From assembly GCA_963708135.1 (NCBI GenBank), contig OY970192.1, positions 2,336,001-2,400,000 on the forward strand: a stretch of DNA of 64,000 nucleotides. The letters run 5' to 3'. The position numbers were made by a program, and so were the translations under genes. The notes under the pieces are model-generated. The model was not told the DNA's origin. It made no database searches and saw only the letters and a program-made list of their open reading frames with translations. Within the stretch, counting starts at the first letter, position 1, and every line of letters starts with the position of its first letter. The stretch comes from an uncultured Gemmatimonadales bacterium. GTDB taxonomy: Bacteria > Gemmatimonadota > Gemmatimonadetes > Longimicrobiales > RSA9. Positions 46,152-55,502 of the stretch are shown here, in pieces.

Positions 46152-46869
46152 CGCCCGGGGCGACGGCGGCGCGGCGCTGGAGCATGGCCAGGTAGGCCCG
46201 GACCTGCGGGTTGCCCGGCTGCTGCTCGCTGCACTGCTCCCACTGGCGGGCGGCGTTGTCGAAGCGCTCGCGGCGGAAATTGACCAGGCCGAGGTTCAGG
46301 CGTGCGGCGAGGAAGCGCGGATTGCCCTCGAGCGCGAAGCGCAGCTCCTTCTCGGCCTCCTCCAGCTCGCCGAGCTGGAGGAGCGCCTGCGCGAGCTTGT
46401 TGCGGATGTCGAGGAAGCGCGGCCGCATCCGGAGGGCGACGCGGTACTGGTCCGCGGCCTCGGTGGGCGCGCCCGCCTCGAGGTACAGGTCGCCGAGCGA
46501 GGCATGGGCGTTGGCGAGGCGGGCGGAGATCGCGGCGGGGAACGGCCCCTCCGCCTGGCTCTCGCAGCGCCAGGCGTCCTCGAAGGCCTGCTGTGCCTCC
46601 TCGTAGCGGCCGAGCTCGTTCAGCGTGATCGCGCGGTTCAGGTGCGCCTCGATGTACTCGCCGTTCAGCTCGAGGGCGCGGTCGAACTCCTCCAGCGCCG
46701 CCTCCGGCTGGCCGAGAAAGCTCAGGCACAGCCCGGCCAGGTGGCGGACATCCGCGAAGTGGCCGTGCCGGTCGAGCACCTCGCGGAAGTCCGCGAGCGC
46801 GGCCGCGTAGTCGCGTCGCTCGAAGGCCTGCCTGCCGCGATCGATCAACTGGTCGGTGTTGAGCTCCAT
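46138..46869 (-). CDS. TPR protein (243 aa)
   Basis: Multiple TPRs ([22 protein letters not shown]). Preceded by TATCTT-N8-ATG. Confidence 0.85.
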   Translation of the reverse strand: MELNTDQLIDRGRQAFERRDYAAALADFREVLDRHGHFADVRHLAGLCLSFLGQPEAALEEFDRALELNGEYIEAHLNRAITLNELGRYEEAQQAFEDAWRCESQAEGPFPAAISARLANAHASLGDLYLEAGAPTEAADQYRVALRMRPRFLDIRNKLAQALLQLGELEEAEKELRFALEGNPRFLAARLNLGLVNFRRERFDNAARQWEQCSEQQPGNPQVRAYLAMLQRRAAVAPGGEAS

Positions 46870-47006
46870 GGGCAGGAAAGATAAGCCGCCACGCCGCGGG
46901 GCGCCACTGCGTACGGGCGCCGCCAGCGCGCTTTCCCCGCGGCGCGAAGGGGTCTAACTTCCGCGTGGCCGGAGGGGTCCGGCACGAACCCGAGAGAGGT
47001 CCACAC

Positions 47007-47966
47007 ATGCGCGTTCTGATCACCGGCGCGGCCGGATTCCTGGGGTCCCACCTGTGCGACCGCTTCCTGGCCGACGGCCACGAGGTGGTCGGAGTGGACA
47101 ATTTCGTCACCGGCGACCCGGCCAATCTCGCGCACCTGGAAGACGAGGCGGGCTTCCAGCTCGTGGAGCACGACGTGACCCGCTTCATCGACGTGCCCGG
47201 CCGGCTCGACGGGGTGCTCCACCTGGCCAGCCCGGCGAGTCCCGTGGACTACCTCGAGCTGCCCATCGAGACGCTGAAGGTAGGGAGCGCGGGGACGCAC
47301 AACGCGCTCGGCCTGGCCCGGGCCAGGCACGCCCGCTTCCTGCTCGCCTCCACCTCCGAGGTCTACGGCGATCCGCACGTGCACCCGCAGCCCGAGAGCT
47401 ACTGGGGCAACGTCAACCCGATCGGGCCGCGCAGCGTCTACGACGAGGCCAAGCGCTTCGCCGAGGCGCTGACCATGGCGTACCACCGGCGCCACGGCCT
47501 GGACGTGCGCATCATCCGCATCTTCAACACGTACGGCCCGCGCATGCGCCCCGGCGACGGGCGAGTGGTCTCCAACTTCATCGTGCAGGCGCTCTCGGCC
47601 GAGCCGATCACCGTCTACGGCGACGGCTCACAGACCCGCTCGTTCTGCTATGCCAGCGACGAGGTCGAGGGCATCTACCGCCTCTTCCTTTCGGACGAGG
47701 TCGGGCCGGTGAACGTCGGGAACCCGGACGAGTTCACGATCCTCGAGCTGGCGGAGCTGGTCCTCGAGCTGACGGGCAGCGGCTCCACGATCGGGCGGCG
47801 TCCGCTCCCCGCCGACGACCCGAAGCTCCGGCGTCCCGACATCTCGCTCGCCCGCCGCTCGCTCGGCTGGGAGCCGCGGGTGCCGCTCCGCGAGGGGCTC
47901 GAGCGGACGATCCCGTACTTCCGCGCGCTGGTCGGCCGCGAGGGGGCGGTCGCCCGGACGCTCTGA
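47007..47966 (+). CDS. UDP-glucuronate decarboxylase (UDP-xylose synthase-like)
   Basis: [64 protein letters not shown]. Confidence 0.9.
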   Translation: MRVLITGAAGFLGSHLCDRFLADGHEVVGVDNFVTGDPANLAHLEDEAGFQLVEHDVTRFIDVPGRLDGVLHLASPASPVDYLELPIETLKVGSAGTHNALGLARARHARFLLASTSEVYGDPHVHPQPESYWGNVNPIGPRSVYDEAKRFAEALTMAYHRRHGLDVRIIRIFNTYGPRMRPGDGRVVSNFIVQALSAEPITVYGDGSQTRSFCYASDEVEGIYRLFLSDEVGPVNVGNPDEFTILELAELVLELTGSGSTIGRRPLPADDPKLRRPDISLARRSLGWEPRVPLREGLERTIPYFRALVGREGAVARTL

Positions 47967-47984
47967 GCGGCGGTGCCTCCTCGC

Positions 47985-48020
47985 GAAAAGGGCCGCGCGG
48001 CATGCCGCGCGGCCCTTTTC
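47985..48020. terminator. bidirectional intrinsic terminator (perfect 36-bp palindrome)
   Basis: GAAAAGGGCCGCGCGGCA|TGCCGCGCGGCCCTTTTC between convergent stops (47966 and 48059), with a T4 tract on each strand. Confidence 0.8.
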
Positions 48021-48058
48021 CGCGTACTTCCCGGCGGCGCGCCGGCCGCCCGGACGGC

Positions 48059-49396
48059 TCAGTCCGCCGCCACGACCCTGCGGCGCAGCGCCGCGTCGCC
48101 GCGGCCGATGCTCACGTAGTCGAAGCCGAGCTCCCGCATCCGCGCCGGATCGAACAGATTCCGGCCGTCGAGGATGAGCGGCCGACGCAGCACCGACCTG
48201 AGGCGCTCGAAGTCCGGCCGGCGGTAGGGCTTCCATTCGGTGAGCACGAGCACGGCGTCGGCGCCCTCGGCGGCGTCGTAGTAGTTGCGGCAGTATGTGA
48301 CGGCGTCGCCGAAATGGCGGCGCGCCTCGGCCAGCGCCTGCGGATCGTGCACGCGGACGCGCGCGCCGCGCTCGAGGAGGCCGCGTATCACTACGAGCGA
48401 GGGCGCCTCCCGCATGTCATCGGTCTCCGGCTTGAAGCTGAGGCCCCAGACGGCGAAAGTCGCGGAGGCGAGGTCGGAACCGAAGCGGGCCTCGACGCGC
48501 TCCAGCAGCAGCCGCTTCTGCCCATTGTTGATTGCCTCGGCGGCCTCCAGGATGCCGGCATCCACGCCGCGCTCGCGGAGGGTGCGGATCAGCGCCTTCA
48601 CGTCCTTCGGGAAGCAGCTCCCGCCGTAGCCCACGCCGGGGAACAGGAACGCCGAGCCGATGCGCTCGTCGGTGCCGACGCCCATGCGCACCAGGTCCAC
48701 GTCGGCGCCCACCGCGGTGCACAGGCGGGAGATCATGTTCATGAACGAGATGCGGGTGGCGAGCATCGCGTTGGCCGCGTACTTGGTGATCTCGGCCGAC
48801 GCGATGTCCATGAAGAGGATCGGGTTGCCGGTCCGCACGAACGGCGCGTACAGGTCCTCGAGCACGCGCTTGGCGTAGTCGGAGTCCACCCCGACCACCA
48901 CGCGGTCCGGCTTCATGAAATCGTCCACCGCCGCCCCCTCCTTCAGGAACTCGGGGTTGGAGCAGACATGGACCGGGACCGTCGTGTGCTCCTCGATCAC
49001 CGCGCGCACCTTGGCCGCCGTGCCGACGGGGACGGTGCTCTTGGTGATCACGACCTTCTCGGCGTCCAGGTTCTCGCCGATCGTGCGGGCCACCGACAGC
49101 ACGTGCTGCAGATCGGCGCTGCCGTCCTCTTCGGGCGGCGTGCCGACCGCGATGAAGATGGTGTCGGAGCTGCGCACGGCCTCGCCCACGTCCGTGGTGA
49201 AGCGCAGCCGCCCATCCTCGAGGTTCCGCCTCACGAGCGGCTCGAGCCCGGGCTCGTAGATGGGGATCTCGCCGGCGGAGAGCCGCCGGACCTTGTCCGC
49301 GTCGATGTCGGCGCAGACCACGTCGTTGCCGGTCTCGGCGAAGCCGGCGCCGGCCACCAGCCCGACGTACCCGGTGCCGATGATCGCGACCTTCAT
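48059..49396 (-). CDS. ugd: UDP-glucose 6-dehydrogenase
   Basis: GTGYVGL, NPEFLKEG, KYAANAMLATRISF, GYGGSCFPKD, FKPETDDMRE. Confidence 0.93.
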   Translation of the reverse strand: MKVAIIGTGYVGLVAGAGFAETGNDVVCADIDADKVRRLSAGEIPIYEPGLEPLVRRNLEDGRLRFTTDVGEAVRSSDTIFIAVGTPPEEDGSADLQHVLSVARTIGENLDAEKVVITKSTVPVGTAAKVRAVIEEHTTVPVHVCSNPEFLKEGAAVDDFMKPDRVVVGVDSDYAKRVLEDLYAPFVRTGNPILFMDIASAEITKYAANAMLATRISFMNMISRLCTAVGADVDLVRMGVGTDERIGSAFLFPGVGYGGSCFPKDVKALIRTLRERGVDAGILEAAEAINNGQKRLLLERVEARFGSDLASATFAVWGLSFKPETDDMREAPSLVVIRGLLERGARVRVHDPQALAEARRHFGDAVTYCRNYYDAAEGADAVLVLTEWKPYRRPDFERLRSVLRRPLILDGRNLFDPARMRELGFDYVSIGRGDAALRRRVVAAD

Positions 49397-49408
49397 GGAC
49401 CCTCTCGT

Positions 49409-50392
49409 TCAGGCGTTGAGCTCGGCGGCCGCCGCGGCGACCGGGGTGCGCAGGCGTCCCTCGATCCAGCGGTAGGTCCGGCGCAGCCCCTCCTCCAGCG
49501 GGACGCGCGGCTCCCAGCCGAGCACCTCGCGCAGCCGGCGGTTGTCGCTGTTGCGCCCCCGCACGCCCTGCGGCTTGGTCGGATCGTAGCGCTTGTGGAT
49601 GGTCTTGCCGGCGATGTCCGCCACGATGTCCACCAGCTCGTTGATCGTGATCATCCGGTCCTGGCCGAGGTTGATCGGCTCCGCGTGGCCGGAGCCCATC
49701 AGCCGGCAGATCCCCTCCACGCAGTCCTCAATGTAACAGTAGGACCGGGTCTGGCGCCCGTCCCCCCACACCTCGATCGTGTCCTCGACCTCCGCGAGCG
49801 CCACCTTCCGGCAGATCGCCGCCGGCGACTTCTCGCGACCGCCCTGGTAGGTGCCGAGCGGGCCGAAGATGTTGTGGAACCGGACCACCCGCGTCTCGAG
49901 GCCGTAGTCCTCGCGGTAGTGCCGGCACAGCCGCTCCGTCCACAGCTTCTCCCACCCGTAGCCGTCCTCGGGGTCTGCGGGGTAGGCATCCTCCTCGCGC
50001 AGGGGCGCCACGTCCGTCCGGTCCTGCCGGTACCCCGGGTACACGCAGGCCGAGGACGTGTAGAGCAGCCGCGCACAGCCGTTCCGCCGCGCCGCTTCGA
50101 GCGTGTGGACGTTGATCAGCACGTTGTTGTGCATGATCACCGCCTTGTGCGACTCGATGTAGCCGATCCCGCCCATGTCCGCCGCCAGCGCGTACACCTG
50201 CTCGACCCCGCGCGTGGCGGCGAGGCAGGCCTTCTCCGTGCGCAGGTCGAGGCGCAGGAACTCGTGTGCGCGCGTCGGCTCGAACTCCGGCTCCTTCACG
50301 TCCACACCGCGTACCCAACACCCGCGCTCCACCAGATGGTTCACCAGATGATGGCCGATGAAGCCGCCCGCTCCCGTGACCAGAACTCGCAT
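49409..50392 (-). CDS. GDP-mannose 3,5-epimerase-like NAD-dependent epimerase
   Basis: LAADMGGIGYI, SSACVYP, YGWEKL, GREKSPAAICRK, GVRGRNSDN: motifs of the GME subfamily. Confidence 0.82.
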   Translation of the reverse strand: MRVLVTGAGGFIGHHLVNHLVERGCWVRGVDVKEPEFEPTRAHEFLRLDLRTEKACLAATRGVEQVYALAADMGGIGYIESHKAVIMHNNVLINVHTLEAARRNGCARLLYTSSACVYPGYRQDRTDVAPLREEDAYPADPEDGYGWEKLWTERLCRHYREDYGLETRVVRFHNIFGPLGTYQGGREKSPAAICRKVALAEVEDTIEVWGDGRQTRSYCYIEDCVEGICRLMGSGHAEPINLGQDRMITINELVDIVADIAGKTIHKRYDPTKPQGVRGRNSDNRRLREVLGWEPRVPLEEGLRRTYRWIEGRLRTPVAAAAAELNA

Positions 50393-50523
50393 CCCCCTCG
50401 CTCCCATCCTCACTGTTTTCCGTTGTGGCCCCGCCCTTGCTTGCGGGCTGCCGCGGCCGGGGCCCGGCCTCCGGCCATCGGCGGCCCCACGGCGCCCCGC
50501 CCGCACAAAAAGGACCGCGCTCG

Positions 50524-52200
50524 ATGAACTTCAGACTGGCCCTGCTGGCGATCGGCTGCCTGGTGGCCGGCCGGACCGTGCTCCACGCCCAGGGCGCGCC
50601 GGACTCCGCGCACGCCGACGCGGCGGACTCCCCGCCCCTGTCGGTCGACCCGCGCGCGCCCGACGCGGACTACGAGCGCCTGCTCGAGCTCCTCGGGCGC
50701 GCGCCCGCCCGCCCCTGGCTCCTGCTGCGCGGCTCGGACCCGGAGCGCCGCCTCCGCGCGCCGAGCGCGGACGCGGGCCCGTGGGCCGCGCGCCTGAGGC
50801 AGGACGTGCTCCATCCACCCGGTGCCTTCCGCCTGCTGCCGGTGCAGCTGTACTCCGTCTACAACAGCGCCTATCCCGTGCCGGCCGCTGACGGGCCGCT
50901 CTGGGCGGGGCGGGGCGAGTCCGCCAGCGTCGCGTTCGGCTTCACCGCGCGCGCGGGCCCGCTCACCGTCCAGCTCGACCCGATGGCCACCTACCAGGAG
51001 AACCGCGCCTTCGCCTTCCCCGCGTCCACGATCCCCGGGTACTCGCCGTACCTGTACTTCCGGCACGGCGCGACCATCGACTGGCCGCAGCGCTTCGGCG
51101 ACCGGGCCTTCGGCGGCCTCGATCCCGGGCAGAGCGCGGTGCGCCTCGACGTGGCCGGCTTCGCCGCGGGGGCCTCCACGGAGAACCTGTGGTGGGGCCC
51201 CGCGCGCTTCGAGCCGATCCTCATGAGCGACGCGGGGCCTGGCATCCCGCACGTCTTCATCGGGACGGGCCGTCCGAAGGGCATCGGGATCGGCACCGTC
51301 GAGGCGCGGGCGGTCTGGGGTCATCTGTCCGAGTCGAAGTACTTCGATGCCGATCCCACGAACGACACTCGCCTGTTCGCGGGATTCGTCGGCGGTTTCA
51401 CGCCCCGCCCGTTCCCCGCGCTCTCGGTGGGAGGAGCGCGCACGTACGTGGAGGCGATCCCGGCGGGCGGCTTGTCGCTCTCCCGGCAGATCCTGGATGC
51501 CTATCACCACGCCGCCACGAACCTGAGGATGGACAACCAGCTACTCGAGCTGTTCGCCCGCTTCGCGCCGCCGGGCAGCGGGCTCGAGGCCTACGCCGAA
51601 TGGGCGCGCGAGGACTCCTGGTCCACCCTGCGGGACCTGAGCCTCGAGCCGGACCACTCGCAGGGCTACACCCTCGGGTTTCAGGCGGTGGTGCCGCGCG
51701 ACGGCCGGTGGTACCGCATCTATGGAGAGCTCACCCACCTCGGCACGTCCGCCAGCCTGCGCACCGGCCGCGGCGATGTCACCTTCTACGTCCACGGCGA
51801 CGGCGTCTCCTACACGCAGCGCGGGCAGCTCATCGGCGCGCCGATCGGCCCCGGCTCGAACGCCGAGACCCTGGGAGGCGACGTCTTCACCGCCTGGGGC
51901 CGCGTGGGCCTACTGTTCCGGCGAGTGGCGCACGACGACGACGCGTACTATGCGCTCTTCGCTCCGTGGTACGACTACCGGGGCAGCGACGTGGAGCTGG
52001 TGGGCGGGCTCGAGGGTGTCGTCTTCCTCGGGCCCATACAGGCATCCTGGAGCGCCTCGTACCGCCCCCGCTACAACCGCGACTTCCTGGACCTGAACGG
52101 GCAGCAGGCCGCGACGAGCGTGGACCGCGACCTGCGCCTCGAGCTCGGCCTCGGCTGGATCCCCGCTCTCCCCGGGAACGGGGCGGGGGGCCGCCGGTGA
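50524..52200 (+). CDS. Wzi-like capsule assembly outer-membrane beta-barrel
   Basis: Signal peptide, IDWPQRFG, STENLWWGP...ILMSDAGPG, NQL, YAEWARED, GAPIGPGS; lies in a polysaccharide locus. Confidence 0.7.
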   Translation: MNFRLALLAIGCLVAGRTVLHAQGAPDSAHADAADSPPLSVDPRAPDADYERLLELLGRAPARPWLLLRGSDPERRLRAPSADAGPWAARLRQDVLHPPGAFRLLPVQLYSVYNSAYPVPAADGPLWAGRGESASVAFGFTARAGPLTVQLDPMATYQENRAFAFPASTIPGYSPYLYFRHGATIDWPQRFGDRAFGGLDPGQSAVRLDVAGFAAGASTENLWWGPARFEPILMSDAGPGIPHVFIGTGRPKGIGIGTVEARAVWGHLSESKYFDADPTNDTRLFAGFVGGFTPRPFPALSVGGARTYVEAIPAGGLSLSRQILDAYHHAATNLRMDNQLLELFARFAPPGSGLEAYAEWAREDSWSTLRDLSLEPDHSQGYTLGFQAVVPRDGRWYRIYGELTHLGTSASLRTGRGDVTFYVHGDGVSYTQRGQLIGAPIGPGSNAETLGGDVFTAWGRVGLLFRRVAHDDDAYYALFAPWYDYRGSDVELVGGLEGVVFLGPIQASWSASYRPRYNRDFLDLNGQQAATSVDRDLRLELGLGWIPALPGNGAGGRR

Positions 52201-52220
52201 GCGTGGGGCGAGCCCTCCGC

Positions 52221-53147
52221 TCAGGGACCGTAGCGGCCGAGGACGTGGGCCAGACTGCCCGTCACTGCCCCGCGCATCTGGCGCACGGCCCAGCGCCAGC
52301 GGACGGGGATCTCCGGCCACAGAGCGGGCACGAGCAGCGCACGCGCGAACCAGACCCAGATGGCCACGGAATCGCGGGCCACGAGGGCGGCCACGCGTCC
52401 GGTCGAGAGGCCGAAGTTCTTGTGGAAGAAGAGGTAGCGGTTGCGGTTCGTGTAGTGGAAGTAGCCGTGCCAGGGCACGGCGTCCTTCTCTTGCCAGGCG
52501 GCGGCGGCGGTCGCGACGAGGACGGTCCAGCCCGCCTGGCGGACGCGGTGGCAGAGGTCCACCTCCTCGAAATAGATGAAGAAGCGCGGGTCCAGCCCGC
52601 CCGTCTGCTGCAGGGCCTCGCGGCGCAGCAGCATACAGCAGCCGTCCACCCATTCCACCTCGTAGTCGCGCGGCTCCCGCACCGCCCGCAGCTGCGGCGC
52701 CCGAGCGCGCCGGATCTCCAGCGCACCGCCGCCGCTGAAGACGCGCTCCGGCTGGTCCCGGTAGTAGAGGACCGGACCGACGATGCCGGCGCCGGGCGCG
52801 GCGTCCGCCGCGCGCACCATCTCCCGGACCGCGTCGGGCGCGAGGGTCATGTCGCGGGTGAGGAGCAGCGCGTAGGGCGCATCGCTGCCCTCGAGCCAGT
52901 GCTCGATCCCCGCGTTCATGCCGCCTACGTAGCCGGTGTTCTCCGGCAGCGCGAGCACGCGCCCCTCCCCGAAGCGGGCGCGCAGGATGGCGGCGCTGCC
53001 ATCCTCGCTGCCATTGTCCACGATCACGAAATCGAGCGGCACGCCGCGCGAGGCGGCGAGCGAGTCCGCGCAGCGCGTGGCGGCTGGGTGACTCCTCCAG
53101 CTCAGGATCACCCCGAGCACGCGCGGCGCCGTGGGCCCGCCGCTCAC
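52221..53147 (-). CDS. GT2 glycosyltransferase (rhamnosyltransferase-like)
   Basis: VDNGSED, ENTGYVGG, GCCMLLR, FFIYFEEVDLC. GTG start overlaps the upstream stop. Confidence 0.88.
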   Translation of the reverse strand: MSGGPTAPRVLGVILSWRSHPAATRCADSLAASRGVPLDFVIVDNGSEDGSAAILRARFGEGRVLALPENTGYVGGMNAGIEHWLEGSDAPYALLLTRDMTLAPDAVREMVRAADAAPGAGIVGPVLYYRDQPERVFSGGGALEIRRARAPQLRAVREPRDYEVEWVDGCCMLLRREALQQTGGLDPRFFIYFEEVDLCHRVRQAGWTVLVATAAAAWQEKDAVPWHGYFHYTNRNRYLFFHKNFGLSTGRVAALVARDSVAIWVWFARALLVPALWPEIPVRWRWAVRQMRGAVTGSLAHVLGRYGP

Positions 53148-54202
53148 GGGACGGCGCTCGGCTGAACGTGGCCGAGCAGCCGCTGCAGCAGCGCAGGCCG
53201 GCGCAGCGCGGAATACCCCTGCGCGATCAGGGGAGCGGCGGCCCGCCGGGGGAGGCCGGCGACGGCCAGGAACCAGGCCGCACCGAGCCCGCGACGGAGC
53301 GGGCGGGAGGAGCGGTCGCGCAGCGCGGCCGCCGCGCCGCGCGCGGCGAGCACCCCGACGCGGTCGTGGGGATAGGGATGCCCGGGCGGATCGAGCTTGA
53401 GGGAGGCGATACGGGCCTGGAGATGCTCCGGGTTGCGCATGAGCCAGTCCGGGGGCGCCGCTCCGTTGGGCCCCGCCGCCGGCGCGAAGGCGCGCAGCGC
53501 AGTCTCGCGCCGCTCGTCGCACTCGAGGAACGCGCGCAGGCGGCCCGCGGACACGCAGTCCGCCATCCAGAGGTTGCCGCCGTGGATCCGGTAGTAGCCG
53601 AGCGGCCGGTGGATCGAGACGACCTCGCCGAGAAACGGGGCGAGCAGGGTGAGATACGCATCCGCGGAGGCGCGCCACTCCGGCTCCGGCATGGGCAGCA
53701 GCCTCTCCAGCACGACGCGCGGGAACAGGTTGCCGCTCATCGGCGGGCTGGGATAGTGGCCCGAGGCGCGGATGAGCGGCCGGACGTCGCCCTGGGGAAG
53801 CCGCCCGCCCGGGACCCGCAACCCGGCTGGCCGCCCCTCCGCGTCCACGCGCAGCAGCGGGAACTGGACCTTGGCCACACCCGGCCGCCACGCCGCGGCG
53901 GCGACGACAGCCGCGTCCGGGAGGAGGGCGTCATCGGAATCGAGGAACAGCACCAGGTCGCCCCGGCAAGCCGCGAAGCCCGCGTTCAGCGCGGAGGCCT
54001 GGCCGCCGTGCGGCTTGAGCAGCGCGGTGACCGCATCGCCGTAACCGGCGATCAGCTCCCGGGAGCCGTCCGTCGAGCCGTCGTCCACGACCACCACCTC
54101 CACGTCCGCTCCCCGCTGTTCGAGCGCGCTCTCGATGGCGCGGGGCAGGAAGCGGGCGTAGTCGCGGTTGTCAATGACGATGCTGACCAGCGGGCGGACC
54201 AT
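53144..54202 (-). CDS. GT2 glycosyltransferase
   Basis: VSIVI, VVDDGSTDGS, GGQASALNAG, FLDSDD, YRIHG. Confidence 0.9.
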   Translation of the reverse strand: MVRPLVSIVIDNRDYARFLPRAIESALEQRGADVEVVVVDDGSTDGSRELIAGYGDAVTALLKPHGGQASALNAGFAACRGDLVLFLDSDDALLPDAAVVAAAAWRPGVAKVQFPLLRVDAEGRPAGLRVPGGRLPQGDVRPLIRASGHYPSPPMSGNLFPRVVLERLLPMPEPEWRASADAYLTLLAPFLGEVVSIHRPLGYYRIHGGNLWMADCVSAGRLRAFLECDERRETALRAFAPAAGPNGAAPPDWLMRNPEHLQARIASLKLDPPGHPYPHDRVGVLAARGAAAALRDRSSRPLRRGLGAAWFLAVAGLPRRAAAPLIAQGYSALRRPALLQRLLGHVQPSAVP

Positions 54203-54300
54203 GCCTCCCCTCAATGCCGGGCGCGCACCACGCGCCCGGCAGGATTCGAACGAGCCGAAGCTCGGCTCCGGATGCGACCCCGGCGGGTCGGAGGACGCTC

Positions 54301-55497
54301 ATGCACAGAATGACCGGCGGGTGGGCCCTGCTTCCCCTGTCGATGCTGGCCCTTTCCTGCGGCAGGGATGCCGCCGCGCCCACGACGGCCGCCCCGGCCC
54401 CGGCTCCCGTCTCGTGGGCCGTCGTGACCGCCGGCCGGGACCACACCTGCGCCCTCACGACCACCGGCGCGGCCTACTGCTGGGGCCGCGGTGCCGAGCT
54501 CCAGCTCGGCGACGAGGACTCCGCCGCCGCCATCATCCCCGTCCCCGTCGCTGGCGGGCTGCGCTTCGGCACGATCGCGGCCGGGGACCGGCACACCTGC
54601 GCCATCGCCGTGGCCGGCCCGCTCTACTGCTGGGGGACCGGGGACGTGGGACAGCTCGCCTGGGGGAAGGCCGGGACGAGCGGGGCACCCGTGGCCGCGG
54701 CCGGCGGCCACACGCTCGCCGGCGTGCTCACCGCGGGCGACGCCCACACCTGCGCGCTCGATGCGGACGGAACCGCCTTCTGCTGGGGATGGAACTACGA
54801 TGGCCAGCTCGGAGTCGGCGCCAGCTTCAACCTGCTCCAGCCCGAGGCGGTCGTGGGCGGGCTGCGCTTCGTCAGCCTGAGCGCCGGCGGCGACCACACG
54901 TGCGGGGTCACGCGCGATGGCGAGGCGTACTGCTGGGGACAGGGCGCCGACGGCCAGCTCGGCGACGGCCGGACGGAGAGCACGAGGACGCCCGTGGCCG
55001 TGGGCGGCGCCGCCCGCTTCACCGCGATCGCCGCGGGACCGGGCTTCACCTGCGCCATCGCCGGGGGAGGCAAGCCGTACTGCTGGGGGGCCGGGAAGGC
55101 GGGGCAGCTCGGCGACGGCGCCACCGCCGACGCGGCCACGCCCGTGGCGGTCGCGACCGACGTGGCCTTCACCGCGCTCACCGCCGGTGCGGAGCACGCG
55201 TGCGGCCTCGCCACGGACGGCTCCGCGTACTGCTGGGGGCGCAACGACTACGGCCGGCTCGGGACGGGCCAGGCGACGGTCGTGCAGGCCACGCCCGCGC
55301 CCGTGGCCGGCGGGCTCCACTTCACCGCCCTGAGCGCCGGACTGCTGCATACGTGCGGCGTGGCGACGGACGGCGGGCTCTACTGCTGGGGCTTCGCCGG
55401 GTACGGCCAGCTCGGCACCGGCTCCATCCTGTCCTCTCCCGTGCCGGCGCGCGTGGCGGAGCCGCCGGCACACGACTCGACCGGCACCGGCGGCTGA
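54301..55497 (+). CDS. RCC1/BLIP-II repeat beta-propeller lipoprotein
   Basis: Lipobox LALSC, then 7 repeats of AG..HTC...G..YCWG....GQLG. Confidence 0.88.
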   Translation: MHRMTGGWALLPLSMLALSCGRDAAAPTTAAPAPAPVSWAVVTAGRDHTCALTTTGAAYCWGRGAELQLGDEDSAAAIIPVPVAGGLRFGTIAAGDRHTCAIAVAGPLYCWGTGDVGQLAWGKAGTSGAPVAAAGGHTLAGVLTAGDAHTCALDADGTAFCWGWNYDGQLGVGASFNLLQPEAVVGGLRFVSLSAGGDHTCGVTRDGEAYCWGQGADGQLGDGRTESTRTPVAVGGAARFTAIAAGPGFTCAIAGGGKPYCWGAGKAGQLGDGATADAATPVAVATDVAFTALTAGAEHACGLATDGSAYCWGRNDYGRLGTGQATVVQATPAPVAGGLHFTALSAGLLHTCGVATDGGLYCWGFAGYGQLGTGSILSSPVPARVAEPPAHDSTGTGG

Positions 55498-55502
55498 GGG
55501 CC

